Assembly (NCBI GenBank): GCA_910592345.1
Contig: CAJVPI010000300.1
Location: 1 to 36,199 of the forward strand
Reading direction: 5' to 3'
Source: Paraglomus brasilianum
Taxonomy: Eukaryota
DNA length: 36,199 nt
The position numbers were made by a program, and so were the translations under genes. Below are positions 22,239 to 36,164 of the stretch, piece after piece. The first letter of the stretch is position 1; each line of letters opens with the position of its first letter. Below the pieces are notes generated by a model that was not told the origin of the DNA, ran no database searches, and saw only the letters and a list, made by a program, of their open reading frames with translations.

Positions 22239-23672
22239 TATTATTTTGTGTGTGTAAATAATTATAATGTTTTGTGTTTAAGTAAGTGTAAATAGTAATA
22301 GTAAGAGTTTTTCGGCCTCAATTAAATAGAGGGTATCCATTTTAACGTCTCACAAAATTTTCAGGGATTGTTTTCCATCCAAATTATAAATCAGCCAGTC
22401 AAAAGTCAACCCTGACCCCTGCGTGGGGTAAAATGTGGCGTAAGTTCACCCCAATTTGGGACTTTGTTTTATTTCAAAAAAAGGCCACAAATTTCAAGCG
22501 CAGCATGAGCCTTTCGATATAAGAGATGTTGGTAACTCGCTGCATTACCTCGTCTGGTAGACATCAATTCCATTTGCGTCAAAGAAGAGATAACTTGACA
22601 AAGTGTGCTCATGCAAGCATTGATGCAAGCTATTTTCCAGCCGCTCCTTTCCACTACAACAATCACACAAATAATCCAGGAGGTATGAAGGGCATGTCAA
22701 GAACTAACCATATGTTAAACTAATTACTAATTGTTTAAAGGGACAAAAGGCAGCGAGTTTATAAAAAAAACTAGATTTTTGATCTCTTCTCTCATTACGA
22801 CGCGAGAAATTCGACTCGATGAAAACGTGCCAATTTTATGTTACTATCGGAAGAGTTTGTTGACCGGCAAACACGTGGTCTTGCTTAATTATTAACTACA
22901 GCCAGTAATTTCTATACAGCCTTTTCTTACGCATTATTGAATGCGTCCCATTTTAGCTCTAGAAGGTGACTAATAATAGTGCTTGTCGAAGAATATGTTA
23001 ATAAGAAAAAGCGATTAAATTCGACGTGTCTGTTAAGAAACTTCTTATAGCCGCTCTTAGTGAATAAGTTCGTGCAGTTGTTTGATTTCACTACTGATTG
23101 TAGTATTTACTCGCTAACCAACGGCATGTTGGTAAAACACAACACATCCTTCTGTGGATTTTACCACAAGATCCATTTCCGAGAGGTTCTCTTTACCATC
23201 CATCCACTATGAAGATATGAGGACTGGCCAAAAACATTTATTTTAAAATTTTAGTTGGTCTCAATAAACTGGCTACTAATACCAAATTAGAGGAACTGAA
23301 AAGTGAGTTACAAAGTGTGGAGAGCAAATGATAAACTGCTGAATCGCTCGACAAATATGCACCTATTCGTGAATCAAAAAAAGCGGGCAATATGTTAAAG
23401 GCGGTCCAAACGTTATAGCAGCGTTGAACTTTAATACAACCGTGATTTATGAAATGTAATTCTTTGTAGGTGCAGGCTCAAACTTTTATAGGAATGCTAG
23501 TAGTGCTGAAAAAATACAACTCACACACACAAAGTAGTAACATCTCATGACTTAGAACGTTACACTACGGATGCTTGCGTATTTTCTGGATTTCAGTATT
23601 GTCGTCGACGTTGACACCTAAACATACTAATAACTGATTCTATGCTGAAAGAAATTTTCACTGTATTAATTT

Positions 23673-24239
23673 GTGGTATTTGCATTTATATTTGGTTATA
23701 CTAGAAAGAAAAAAGGGAATCAGCATGTGTTATATCACAGAGCAGCTGAACAAGGAGATGTCAATGCTCAATATAATCTTGCTTTATGCTATACCAGTGG
23801 AATTGGAGTAGAAAAAGATGAACAAAAGGCAGTTGAATGGTATAAAAAAGCTGTTGAACAAGGAAGTGTCAGTGCTCAATATAATCTTGCTGTATGTTGT
23901 CATGAAGTAGAAAAAAATTAACAAAAAGCAGTTGAGCTATATCAGAATGCAGCAAACAAGCATATTTGTCAGTACAAGTTAAAAACAGTAGGCATTATAG
24001 CAGAATGACTGGATTAGATATTGACATTAGTCTTAACTGACTTGTGTCAAGCAGAAGCCAAAAAAGGAAACCCTTATGCACAATATATTCTTGGCCTGTA
24101 TTATGAAAACAGAATTGGGGGTATTAAAAAGGCACTTGAGTTATATGAAAGAGCAGCTGAACAAGAATATAGTAAAGCACAAAGTATAAGTAAGGTGTAT
24201 ACTTTTTATGAAAATGGGTTCGAAGTAAAGAAAAAATAA
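23673..24239 (+). pseudogene. Sel1-like repeat protein pseudogene, copy 1
   Basis: YHRAAEQGDVNAQYNLALCYTSGIGVEKDEQKAVEWYKKAVEQG...AQYNLA. It has a premature stop at 23919-23921, frameshifts and CpG depletion. Confidence 0.8.
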
Positions 24240-25154
24240 GGGAGAAGATTTGTATAAAAGTGGTCATCAACAAATTTGTAAGAATTATATTTTTGTTACC
24301 AATTCTTTTTTCAAATTTTGAATAAGTAGTTCAGACACATCCACTTTTCATTATATTTAGTAATGATATTATTGATAGTATTTATTGAAATAAAATGACG
24401 TTCATGATATGGAAAATATTTATTGATTGTTTAAGTGTCAGTTGAACATGATAACTGTATTAGTATTCTCAGTGTCATGACAATGTATAGATGACGTATT
24501 CTTCCGCGATTTCTACTACAACCAGATTGGGACAAAAGTTCTGTTGGTTTGATAACGCAGCATTTCCTCGATTATTAAAATAATTCCTTGACAATTACAG
24601 AATTATAATAGTCCTTTTATATTCGAATAAACTCATATTTATTATTTGAATCTAATTCGTTCATTCTCTGGTGAGATATGGTGAAGTGTAAAACGCTTTC
24701 GATCTTGCCATCGATTTCGTAGAACCTTTGACATCAGGATTAGCGTTGAATTTATTCCCAACTTTAGGAGGAGCGTTTTAAAAGTCCGCAGTCGTAAATT
24801 ATGTTTAATAAACTCACGGTTTTGATGAACCTGTGAATTTGTTATAAAAGCGGCATAACCTACTGTATTTCAATTTCGCCTTTAAATTTCCAACATCAAT
24901 ATTGTAAACAATTATTCTGCAAAAAAAATTAAATTCTTTGTGGGCACTTGCTATTGCATTGGGCCTTTATTCCATTATAAAACGTATATTTAACTCTGCA
25001 ATATAAATCAAAAGCTTGGATAATAATTCAAACATTTTCGAATCAGAGAAAACCAACGTAGAATCTAAATATATTAACATACTAGCATACATCTGCGTAT
25101 ATTGGGTAAAATTTAATAACACAGATTCTATGCTGAAAAAAAATTTTTCACTAT

Positions 25155-25524
25155 ATGTTATATCACAGAGCAGCTGAACAAGGACAGCTGAACAGTGGAA
25201 TTGGAGTAGAAAAAAAAGCAATATTTGAGCTGTATCAGAATGCAGTAAAACAAGCACATTTGTCAGCGCAAGTTAAAAACAGTAGATGTTATAGCAAAAT
25301 GGCTGGATCAGATATTGACATTAGTTATGTAACTAACTTCTATCAATCAAGAGCCAAAGGAGGAAATGTTTATGCACATATATTTTTGGCCTGTAATATA
25401 AAAATGGAATTGGGATAGAAGCAGATATTAAAAAAGCACTTGAGTGGCTGAACAAGGATATAGTAAAGCACAAAGTAAGCTGTATACTTTTTATGAAAGT
25501 GGGTTCAAAATAAAGAAAAAATAA
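25155..25524 (+). pseudogene. Sel1-like repeat protein pseudogene, copy 2 (internally deleted duplicate of copy 1)
   Basis: ~25110-25722 aligns with ~23620-24443, including the 3' flank, and carries deletions and frameshifts. Confidence 0.8.
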
Positions 25525-25780
25525 GGGAGAAGATTTGTATAAAAGTGGTCATTAACAAATTTGTAAGAATTATATTAATATTGCATGTGTATGTTTGTTA
25601 CCAGTAGTGACCAATTTATTTTTTTCCCCCAAATTTGGATAGGTACATTCACTTTTATTATATTAATATTAGTAAAGATATTATGATATGGAAAATATTT
25701 ATTGATTGTTTAAGGGTCAGTTCGTTACACTAGACAGTATATCAATACCAACAAGAGAATGAGTCTAAGGAGCGAAGAAA

Positions 25781-25930
25781 TACAGTCAAACCTGATTATA
25801 ATGAACTTTGGGTTATACCGAAGATCTGTAAATAATCTTCGTTATATACAGAATATATTGAAGTTCACTATAAAAATCGTACCACCATAAATTCGTAACA
25901 AACAGATAGATATTTGTTATAAACGTCTGA
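25781..25930 (+). mobile_element. Truncated pogo/Tigger-type element end (left TIR only)
   Basis: TA|CAGTCAAACCTGATTATAATGAAC resembles the TIR at 15294-15317. GTTATA subterminal motifs follow and no right TIR was seen. Confidence 0.5.
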
Positions 25931-26872
25931 TCCTTTGAGCTTTAAGATTCCAAGTGCTTTCTTTCTTGGATAAGCATAAAAAGACGCGAGTTTAATTTTG
26001 TTTGACTTGGAACTTCTAGCTGCTATATTATATTATTAACGAAAAGGCAATACTTTCAGGTAAATGACGGAACCTTTGATAAACTATAAATATTTGAAAA
26101 GGCCTTTGTGCCTTTAATAACCTTATCTAATGAGAAAATTATTATTTTTTTTTCAATAAGATAACGCTGCATGTATATGCCGAAAGTGTTAAGAAAAAAA
26201 AATAATAATAAGATTTCTGACAAGATCAAAATTCGCCAAGTCAAAAAATATTAAGCTGCTTTAATATTAACACTGAAAGGACATGGCATGTGGCCGTTAC
26301 GTTCATGACTATGCTTTGACCTTTACATAAATTATATGTATATAAAAATATAGTACACAAATCGACAACGTTCGATGAGGGAACTGCTCCATATGTTTTT
26401 AACTTGCATGTTTTCTAGTTCTCATAGAATAGCTAGGGTAAAAAAGTAAATAAGGACTGATGTCTCAGTTACATTATCATCACTTTTACTTGATATCAAA
26501 TCGTTATCATCCACAAAGATATAATCAAATAAGACGCAAACTTATTATCATTATTTCCAGTTTATATTTAATTTGGTTCCGTTGCGAAATAGACCAATAG
26601 TAATAACGACACGTGATTTAACCATTTCCCCGCTTATCCTGTGACAGTCGTTGACAACTTTAAACTTGTTTAGATAAAGATAAAGATATCAGATAGTGAT
26701 AATGATAGGAATGCAATCACATCTACTTTGACATATATGGTTATGATTATTGGGTCTAACGCGATTACACCATTTGATCGAATTTACTTTTTCGTCTAGT
26801 TCATTCAGCCTTTTGGAACAACCTTAAAAACCGTCCGAGCCGTTCCTCAAACACAGTCGCTGTACTAACAAT

Positions 26873-29121
26873 ATGTCGGTAAGTTGTCTAATGTAAGGCA
26901 GACAGAAACGCTGTGACCATAAAGGTAGAAGAACAAGGGTGATCCTACAAGGTCAAAGAAATAATGCTAGAGTATTTTGCGTGTTCTTAGTCTGACGGTG
27001 ACGAGTTCAGTCTTCACACTGCCACCCACACAGAACACGGGTAAGTGACTGGTTTCTGCTTTAGTTTGCACAATTCAAACTACGCGTGACAAGTCTTACT
27101 AATTACCGCTGTGTATCATACGACGAAAGTCCAACTGACGAGATTCTCGACGATGACTCGTTTCAGGACCATCGACCGCGGTTATTAATCATGGGTCTGC
27201 GCCGGTAATTAGTTTATCATTTTATAATTGTGGGACAGCTGTTCTTTTTTACAATCTTTCACATTTTAGTAATATCCTTGGTAAGATAGAGCAAATTATT
27301 TAGACATTATGTCCTTTTTTTTTATCAGTATAATTACAATTGATATTAACAAAATCTCATAGTAATAAATAAACAAATTGAAACCCTTCAACCAACCCCT
27401 CCCATCACAGGAGCGGGAAGTCGAGTATAAGAAGAGTAGTTTTTCATAAGCTTCCTGCGAACGAGACACTATATCTGCGAAGTACACAGAGATTGGAAAA
27501 AGATAACATAACGTATCCTTTGCATTGTTTATAGGATATGGGGAATTTGCTCGAGTCGAGAAATTGATATTTGAGAGCATTGTGAAAGTGAAGTGAGGAG
27601 GTGATATTGAATTGAAGGGATGAGGTGAAAGTATAATTGAGAGTGTTGTTAATCAAATTAACGCTTGGACGCTTTATTTGGTCATGTCGAGAATTTATAT
27701 CTGTTTCTTAACTCGCGAACATTAATTATTAAAGATCGTTTGTTAACTTTCAAGTATGGGATTTTCCTGGTCAAGAATTTCCCTTTAATCCGGTATTTGA
27801 TGTGCAGGAAATATTTGGTGAATATGGTGCATTAATATTCGTGATTGACGCGCAAGTAAGTCAACAAGATCATCGATTGCACCTTTGCTGCTACTGTCTT
27901 TTCATCTTATTAATACATCTCACTAACATCTCCTTATATGCTTTTTCACCGCCGCTCTTCTGACTTTCTTTACGCAAAGGACGACTACACGGAAGCCTTG
28001 GCTCGTTTGCATGAAATCATGATTCACGCTTACGGCATAAATAGAGACCTCGCTTTCGAGGTCTTTATTCACAAAGTCGATGCCCTGTCCGACGACTACA
28101 AGCTCGATACTCAGCGTAATATTCATCAACGCACGATGGATGCACTCAGTGATGCCGAGCTCGAGATCGAGCCCCGTTTTCATCTGACGAGTATTTATGA
28201 TCATTCGATTTTTGAAGCGTTCAGTAAAGTTATACAAAAACTGATTCCGCAACTGCCTACATTGGAAAATTTATTGAACAGTTTGTGTGCGGTATGTTAT
28301 GAAGGGACGAAAGGGTGAAGGTGTGAAAGAGAGTAGGTGAAGTGAGGTGAGGCAGGCGGAGTTTGGAGAATGGCGGAAATAAATTGCGAAAGTTGGATTC
28401 CTTTGTCTTTACTATTCTCCTAAACTTATTACGTATTCTCAATTACTTTCCTTATGTCACTCAACTTATATAATTTTCCTTCATTCAAAACACCAACACT
28501 GTCTATCACACAGACCTCTGGGATTGACAAGGCATTTCTCTTCGACGTAAACTCTAAAATCTACATAGCCACTGACCGTGCGCCCGTTGATATGCAAACA
28601 TACGAAATCTGTAGTGACATGATTGATGTAATAATGGATGTATCAGAAATATACCGTCCCATAAATGAGGAAGCACAGAACGCGGGTGGAAGAGCGGAGG
28701 GGAATGGCGCGGCTGAAACTACAAATTCTAGTGTGATGATGGATAGAGCAGACGATGCTGCGGCCACTATTAAGTTGACTAATGGAGTAGTTCTGGCTTT
28801 GAAGGGCGTTAATCGGTAGGTAGTGGTTAATCATGGGTTTAATGAAAGGAACCGCGGCTGAATTTCTTTGTGACGACTTGTTGAGAATACAGTAGCTTTA
28901 TTAATACACGGTTTTCAACATCATGTTTACATTTATCTAGGTTCCTTGCATTGGTGTGTATTCTACGGGCAGAGAATTATGGAAAACATGGTTTACTTGA
29001 ATATAATTTCCAATGCTTCAAGCAAGCGATAGCTGAAGTTTTTGAAGTGAAAAGGTTGAGTACCGAACGGCTCAGACAAGAGAGTTTGAGAATATCTGCC
29101 GAAGCAAATCCTCAGGGGTGA
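26873..29121 (+). CDS. GTR2: Rag GTPase RagC/D (Gtr2), ~382 aa, 8 exons
   Basis: Exons 26873-26878, 26991-27040, 27130-27204, 27411-27512, 27735-27855, 27980-28291, 28514-28815 and 28941-29121. Motifs: [63 protein letters not shown] and SKIYIATD. The first two exons are less certain. Confidence 0.93.
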
Positions 29122-31128
29122 CAGAGAAGAGTGAAGAGCAAACGCAGAGTTGGAACAAACGTGATTAACGGACGATTGATTATTGGTTTTATGGTCATTG
29201 TTAATACCGACTGTTAACGTTATATTCTGCCAAGCGCTTGTGAAATTTTCTTGTATTCTTTATGGTCGTACTTTGGGTTTTTTAAAATCAAAAAAAAAAA
29301 AAGTCTATTATTCTAGATATTAACATACTTAATTGACATTAGCGCGTCTTCTATTTCTAGACAACTGCTACTATTACTATTATTGATTAACAGCAATAAA
29401 GATAATTGTATGCTTACATTTTAGTGTGAATATGAAATAAATATTAAATAGCATTATTTATTATAAATCCAAGTTAGGGACAGACAAGATAGTTGCCCTT
29501 CCATTTAATGCCCATTTAATGCCCTAGTAAATAAATTGTGAATTTAACAGAGGACTTTGGACAGTTTTGGCGTTAACAGCATTCATTCTCATTCACCTTC
29601 TCGATCTTCTTATCCATATTGTCCATATTAATCTCCATCTTCTTCATATCTTCTCTATCTTCTTGTCCACTTCGTCAACTCCTGATACATACAACTTGGA
29701 ATCAGCGTCTTTCACCCTTGAAACTCTAAGAATTGAATAGTTGTCCTTACCTTGTGGCTTGGTCTGGGCTTGGTTTGAGCTTGGTCTGAGTTTGGTTTGG
29801 AGCAAGTATCCGCGGTGAGTAACCGTTTGTCGGCTATACTTCGTCCGCTTTTTAGAATTTGACTTGGCGTGGGGTTAAACTTGAAATTTTACATTTTCCT
29901 TTATTTTCAAGTGTGTTCATATAAGGAATCAAGTAATTTTGTAATATTCCTTGCTGTTATCTTTCCATCTAACCTCATTAAATATAAGGACCAAAATTAT
30001 GTTTAGTCCCATACCACTCGACCATAGAAACCAATCTCATGAAGATGAGTTCAAGCATATTCCTTAGATGTTGAGGCTGTAGTTGATCTTTAGATTTACT
30101 GCCCGATTATCCCTTGGTGTGATTTTCACAGTATGCTGGATTGTACTTGGAGCTCTTCCTAGAATTGCTGCAATCCTTGGCTTCACTTAATCCACATTTC
30201 CAGCACCAATTATCCGTTTAGATAGCCAACATTTTCCAACATTTTGAACATAATAAAATGGCTTGGATTATCTGTGTAAATAAGACAATTTGCATGAAAT
30301 CACACATTATAATCACACAAAAATTAATTGTGCAAACAAGATAATTAGAATTTGTTTATGAGATGTTTTCACAGTTACTTTTTATGTCCAGCTTGCATCG
30401 GGCGTTTAATTGATCATAGTAACCAATTAGTATTGATGTCATTTCCGCGTTTATCCACAACCTCTTTTACAAATATACGCTCATTCAAGACAAACAAAAC
30501 GTGTGACCGTCTCTAACAGATTCACAACCTATTCCTACAACATCCTCCCCATTTACCTATAATCTATTGGCATTAATTCTCTTTATATATTATTTTCATC
30601 ATGTCAACACTATACGACAACTTGTTGCTCGCAGAGTAGCAAATATGTAAGTACCGTATATATCAATTGTGATCTGAGAAACACACGTAACTCTTGAGTA
30701 ATAGAAATGGGTATTAATAACTACGTTAAGTACGCGGAACACTTTTTAAGCATGGAAGAATCAAAGTGGCAATTTGTGGTCATTTAGCTACTCGTAGAAT
30801 ATCCGTCTTTGATGCATAAAGAACGTAATACTTCGCCGTCTGGTGTGAATATCAATATTGCTTGCGTACTTATTATTTATCAGTCTATAAAGTATAATAT
30901 ATTGTATAAATGTTGATTCATACACTACCTGGAAAAAGTATCGGTCACCCTAACTTTATTAATTGCTCAAAAGTGTACATAATGATTGAGACTAAAATTT
31001 TTATATGTTATAGTCTAACTTGTTATAAAACGCGCATATATTTTTTACGGTTGTTTATATTTATTTCTTCTGTAAGCAATATAATAAACCGAATCAGTTA
31101 ATTTTAATCTTTACTTTGAAAATGTGTA

Positions 31129-31654
31129 CAAAGGCAACCCCGTTATAACAATATCTCGGTGTAACGAAGAATTTCAAAAACCCGAATTTTAGTATGAAAT
31201 CCTTTGTTACCCGTATCCGAAGATTTTTTTTTAGAACAAGTATAATAATAACAAATTTACCCCGTTAAACCGAATTTTCTGCAGTAACCCGAAGATCATC
31301 CTTTGTTAACCGAAGGAAGAAAAATTTTCAACCAATAAAAACTGACAACATTATTGCACAGGAGGAAGGTTTTTCGCGTGAATTGAACAAGATAAAAAAG
31401 AATTTATGCAAAACGATTAGCGATTCGAAGGTTCAAACTAATCTTGGTGACTTTACAATTAATTGACCGATTTTTAATATTAATGCATCGAGTAATAAAG
31501 CGAATTATTTTTTTAGCTAAATGCGCATTTATTTAATCTTCATTATGCTTAACCGAAGAAATCGGTATCATGATATAATCTTTATACCAAAGACCCGTTG
31601 TACTGAAGGAAAATGCCCGGACGGAACGCCTTCGTTATAACGGGGTTGCCTTTG
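31129..31654. mobile_element. ~526 bp non-autonomous MITE (Tc1/pogo-like) with perfect 21 bp TIRs
   Basis: CAAAGGCAACCCCGTTATAAC (31129-31149) pairs with GTTATAACGGGGTTGCCTTTG (31634-31654). Flanks are TA and TC (degenerate TA TSD). Internal CCGAA repeats, no ORF. Confidence 0.85.
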
Positions 31655-32182
31655 TCATTACCAATGACCGATTTTTTTAAAATAATAATGTAAATATGCT
31701 TCGCGCTAATTATTCAAGAAATTGTTTATCTTATAGTTTTGAGTTGTAAGCTCCCCTTTTCCAATAATTTGAATGTTCTGGATTGCAAATTCCGTTAATA
31801 TGTTGTTTGCAACTAGCGGACATAGACAGCGCCTAATAAACAAAAGAATTACTCCAAATAAACAAATCACCATAGATCAGAGATGGTTTTGAATCATGTA
31901 GAAGAGATAAACCATTCTATTCTATTCTACTCATCTTGTCTTAGCGTTTCGGGTTTTAAACCCGTCATAGTGGACTAGAAAACATACCGATTATGAAGCA
32001 CTGGCGATATAAACATCTTGTATCGAATTATAAATTTGTACACGTGTGATGTAACACAATAAACGCTGTACTCTCCCTGCTTTTTTGCACCTCTGTCTTT
32101 AAAACTAGCTTTAGCAAGCCTGTTTTGCAGCTTGGCAATAAAGTCGTATAAATATTGTACTTGAAAACTTCTTATTCAAACG

Positions 32183-34200
32183 ATGTCAGCAGTTCCAGGG
32201 ATTAAGAATCCAGCAATTAGCAACTTGGTTCAATCCTCCTTGGAAAGTGAGGATGAGCAATTAAGACTTGAATGGATTCCTTACAAGGAAATTGCCAACA
32301 TAGAGCCAACTCAAATTTCTACCGTCCATTACGCTAATCGCTACGACGATGACAAGATAATGCTGCTATGCCTTGGAAACAGCGAAGAATGTACACCAAC
32401 GTTTGTGAGTGAGTTTGCTAAAATATACGCACTTCCAACACACAAATACAATAATGACGTTAGTCAGTTCAGAAGATATTCCACATGGCTTAAGAAGCGC
32501 AATATACTAATACTGGGTTTTACCGAGAATGACGATAACTATTATATGGTTGCTGATAGAAAGTTTTACCACTGTTATTCCCGTTATGGATTCTGCTCCA
32601 CGTGTGGAATACTCCGATGTAGTCCTGTGTGGTGCATATGTGGAAATAAACAATTATCCGATGGATGGACTAGCAAAAATAAGCAACTCGATGAGTTCAT
32701 TAAGAAATCTCAATCACAAACAAATTCAGCAAATGATGCCTATTTAGAATGGATTCCATTTGATGGTGTTGATAATAAGGAAAAATATGCATACTTAAGT
32801 GGTCTACCTATTACCAATACCAATGATCAACTTGTTACATTGATTCCACTTGAGATAACAGACGAGACACATGATTTATATTATGCCGAGGTAAACCATT
32901 TACTTATGCGTCATGTTTATTGAATAGTTTAAATAATTATTGACTTATTATCATGTATCATTTCCACTAGTTATGTGATGAGCATCCAGATATTCTTACC
33001 ACGGATGCAAGTAAACAGAAGAAATCGGAGTATGAATCATGTCTGGTGTGTGCAAGTCAATTAGAACCCAAGATGAATGCATTGTAAAGCACCAAGACTA
33101 CGAGGTTGGACTACTGACAACGAGTCTTTGGATTCATTTATTATGGAGTCATGGAAGAATACAATGATACATATATACATGGATTGAATACTCTCTGTTG
33201 ACAAACGTACAGGAGATGACATTATTACGGCATGGATACACACATATAGCAGAATGGACAACAAATGAATTGACACGTGTGACACTCAAAAATTTTACCA
33301 GGTAAATTATTTCACGTGTAAAATGCAAATAGTATTATTAATGCGTGTATCGCGCGTTTAAATCGACCAGTGTTGTAACGACTGTATGCGTTTACTCAAA
33401 TAGCTAGCTAAGGAATACCCAAAGATATTAACACCCGAGAATATTTGATATTTGGGATCACTCAGGAGCCATCTACTCGGGATACTACATGCGATATTGG
33501 ACAAGTTTACGCAAATTAACAAAAATGTTGAGTACATTCAGTATAGCGACTTTTACGAACCCAAAGAGATTGGATCTGGTGGTTATGGAACAGTTTACAC
33601 TGCCAATTATAAAAAAGAAGACGAAGAGGAAGAGGAAGAGGAAGAGGTAACTGTTTTACTCAAACGATTTAAGAGTTCTGATGAAACGCCGGAATTATTT
33701 ATTTCCGAGGTAAGCAATAATTGTCGGATTAAAATGAAAATTTATCTATTTTAATATGAAATTTTAAATTTTTTGGGGTGCACTTTTTTTGGGTTTTGGG
33801 TTGGAATTTAGGGTAACTTTTGTTAATAGAAGAGTATATGTGGGTTTCAGAGGCACTAAAAGAGGAACCAGAAAGACCATTCGAGGCGTTTTACCCTTTA
33901 TTGCACCGGAAGTCCTCCATATCCGCAAATTTATTCATATGTATTTAATTGCTACTGGTGAATCACCTTTTAGAGATAGGCAGTTCGATAGGGATTTAGT
34001 AGACATTATGGGCGGACTGCGACCATCGATGCCTGATTCCCAATACAAGAAACTGCCGAGCGGTGTTGTGATGCTGATCCTGATAGGCGTCCAGATGCGG
34101 GGACACTTTGGAGTAATATTTGCTTATTAGAAAAACGAGAAACGATTATTCTGATGACAACACGTGGAATGCCGTTTATAATAGTGCTTGATGAAAAATG
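32183..34200 (+). pseudogene. Tyrosine-kinase-like protein kinase pseudogene of the expanded Mucoromycota LEWIP type
   Basis: An intact first exon has LEWIP and WTSKNKQLDEFI...SQ...YLEWIP plus a Cys cluster. Later segments give EIGSGGYGTVYTA, VLLK and GVLPFIAPEVL. There are stops and frameshifts after ~33000 and no HRD or DFG region. Confidence 0.8.
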
Positions 34201-35069
34201 TACATCGGCGAGATACTCACTTTTTCATACAGAAATACTAACATCAAAATATTTGTTGTGTTCTCCTCAATATGATTTAACAATGAATGTTAGTAACGTC
34301 ATATGAGTAATAAAAATTTTTTCCAGTCGACAAATCACACCCAAGCGAACATGGAGTCTTGTGCATCATTCGCGCAACTATCTATAGCATCGGAGACAAA
34401 AGTGTGGCTTAGATAATATAAAGTTTACAGCAACAGTAAAAATTATTATACGGCGAATGTTCTATTTGTATGTCTTTCTCTTTCTGTCTCCCTTTTTTTT
34501 GACAGTAGAAGATACAAAAATGTGACACGTAACTCCAATTGTTACATAAACCATGGGACTTTGGAGCAAATTTTGCGAAGGTATTTGGAGAGTGGAAAGC
34601 TTCTTAAGTGAAACAGTGATGGAATCGGCAACGGGAACGAAAGTCGCTGCAATCAATCCTTTTGCTGTTCCCTCGATGCGTTGTGGCTATAAAATACAAC
34701 TTACAGAAAACTTAAAGTAAAACCGTGATAGAGGTTGACAATTTTGTTGGTCTTACGAAACGAGGTCAATGGATTTATTATTAATATTATTAACTACGAC
34801 TGTGTCAAGGAGTTTGGGGTTGGAACTGTAAGACATATAATGTTATTGCTCTTTTTAATTTTATACGCTTCTTCAGACTATTTGGTTGGCTTTGGCGACT
34901 TTTTTTATTTTTATTTTTATCTAATTTATGATAAAAATTTGTTCTTGGTAACAATCATTATTGTTGACAAGTTTCTTCATGTGTACAATATTATCTAATC
35001 TTGACGTGAAATATTTAATTGTGGATTTGCTGAGATAAATGTACATGTAAAATAAAGTGCAGCTTGCTT

Positions 35070-35760
35070 TGTCAGGTTCAATGTTAGTTCAAGACTATGA
35101 ATATCTCTAGAAAAGTTTTTATTAAGAGGCGACAAGATTTAAAATATAACCTGGCATATTTATTAATTAATGGAACGCGAATCGTTAATATAAATTAATA
35201 ATACTACTGATCTTAGTAGTATTCCCTCACAATCCTTTATTATAAATATAATTTAATTCTTTCATCGTCGAAATAGTTAATTATTAGACGGAAACGGCTC
35301 ACTTAAGCTATAACGGAATAGCATTGATTTGATCAAGCTAGTAAGCTGTCTGCTGATCAATTAGGTGAATAACGGAACGAGAGTTCATAATCAATTATCG
35401 AGACGATTAATGTTTAATTAGTTTAGTAAAGACACCGACTAGTCGACAAACAAATCGAAGATAGCCCTGTTTAATTTTTATTCCCCTTCGATTCTTTAGT
35501 AGAATGATTGTTATTACTATTCTATCAGAGGTACTCTTATTTGTATTCACGAGTGTTTGAAACTTGGATAGGGAGTGAAGAGCACGCATAATTAATTAAT
35601 TAATAGGTCACTTGAGGCTTAATTCAGTCTTAATCGTACAACTATCGTAGTAAGAGCGATAGTACGAGCTAAGCCTGGTAACGTCCCCCGGTCAGCGAAC
35701 ACACCTACGCGAAAGATAAATCGCTCTCCCCAAGCCCCCACTTAATTTCCGACCGTAACA
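35070..35760 (-). mobile_element. Possible solo LTR or LTR fragment
   Basis: On the minus strand it begins TGTTACGGTCGG at 35760, at a sharp compositional boundary, and is non-coding. No TSD or matching second end was confirmed. Confidence 0.25.
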
Positions 35761-35867
35761 ATCTACTTATGAAATTGCAATTTTTAACATTAATTGATTT
35801 ATTATAAATCACTAATCTGTATTTCTGACCTTGCCATATAATATTAACAATCTCATTTCTGCATTTT

Positions 35868-36164
35868 TAGGGTTTTTTTTTCTGCAAGAGTTGGAAAGAC
35901 TTGTGGAATTTTTACTTTGTCTGGCGGAGTTTTTTTCGTATCTGCACCAGCATCAAAAACTAGCTTGAGCACATCATCTAAGGATTCCTCATCACTGGCA
36001 TGTGACAATACTCTTTGGAGACATTCTTTCACAGCTGCCTGAAGAAGTGTTTATGCTTATATTAAAAGAGCAAATGACATCAAACATGAACAAGGTTTTA
36101 TCATACACTTGCCTTTGCTTTCCATGTACAGTAACGTGCAAAAGTATCCTACCGGTTGTATCAT
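35868..36164 (-). pseudogene. 3' exons of a gene running off the window, possibly an ankyrin-like relic
   Basis: Last exon AAVKECLQRVLSH...VLKLVFDAGADTKK...EKKP*. The preceding exon DTTGRILLHV has a GC donor and an incompatible frame. Confidence 0.3.

Noticed and set aside
29570..30240. Possible retroelement gag-like relic on the minus strand with a short 12 bp repeat near 29755-29800
   Set aside because: It is multiply interrupted with no diagnostic motif, so a call cannot be supported.
34462..34998. Short ORFs of 64 and 87 aa
   Set aside because: They have non-ATG starts, low-complexity AT-rich sequence and no recognisable domains.
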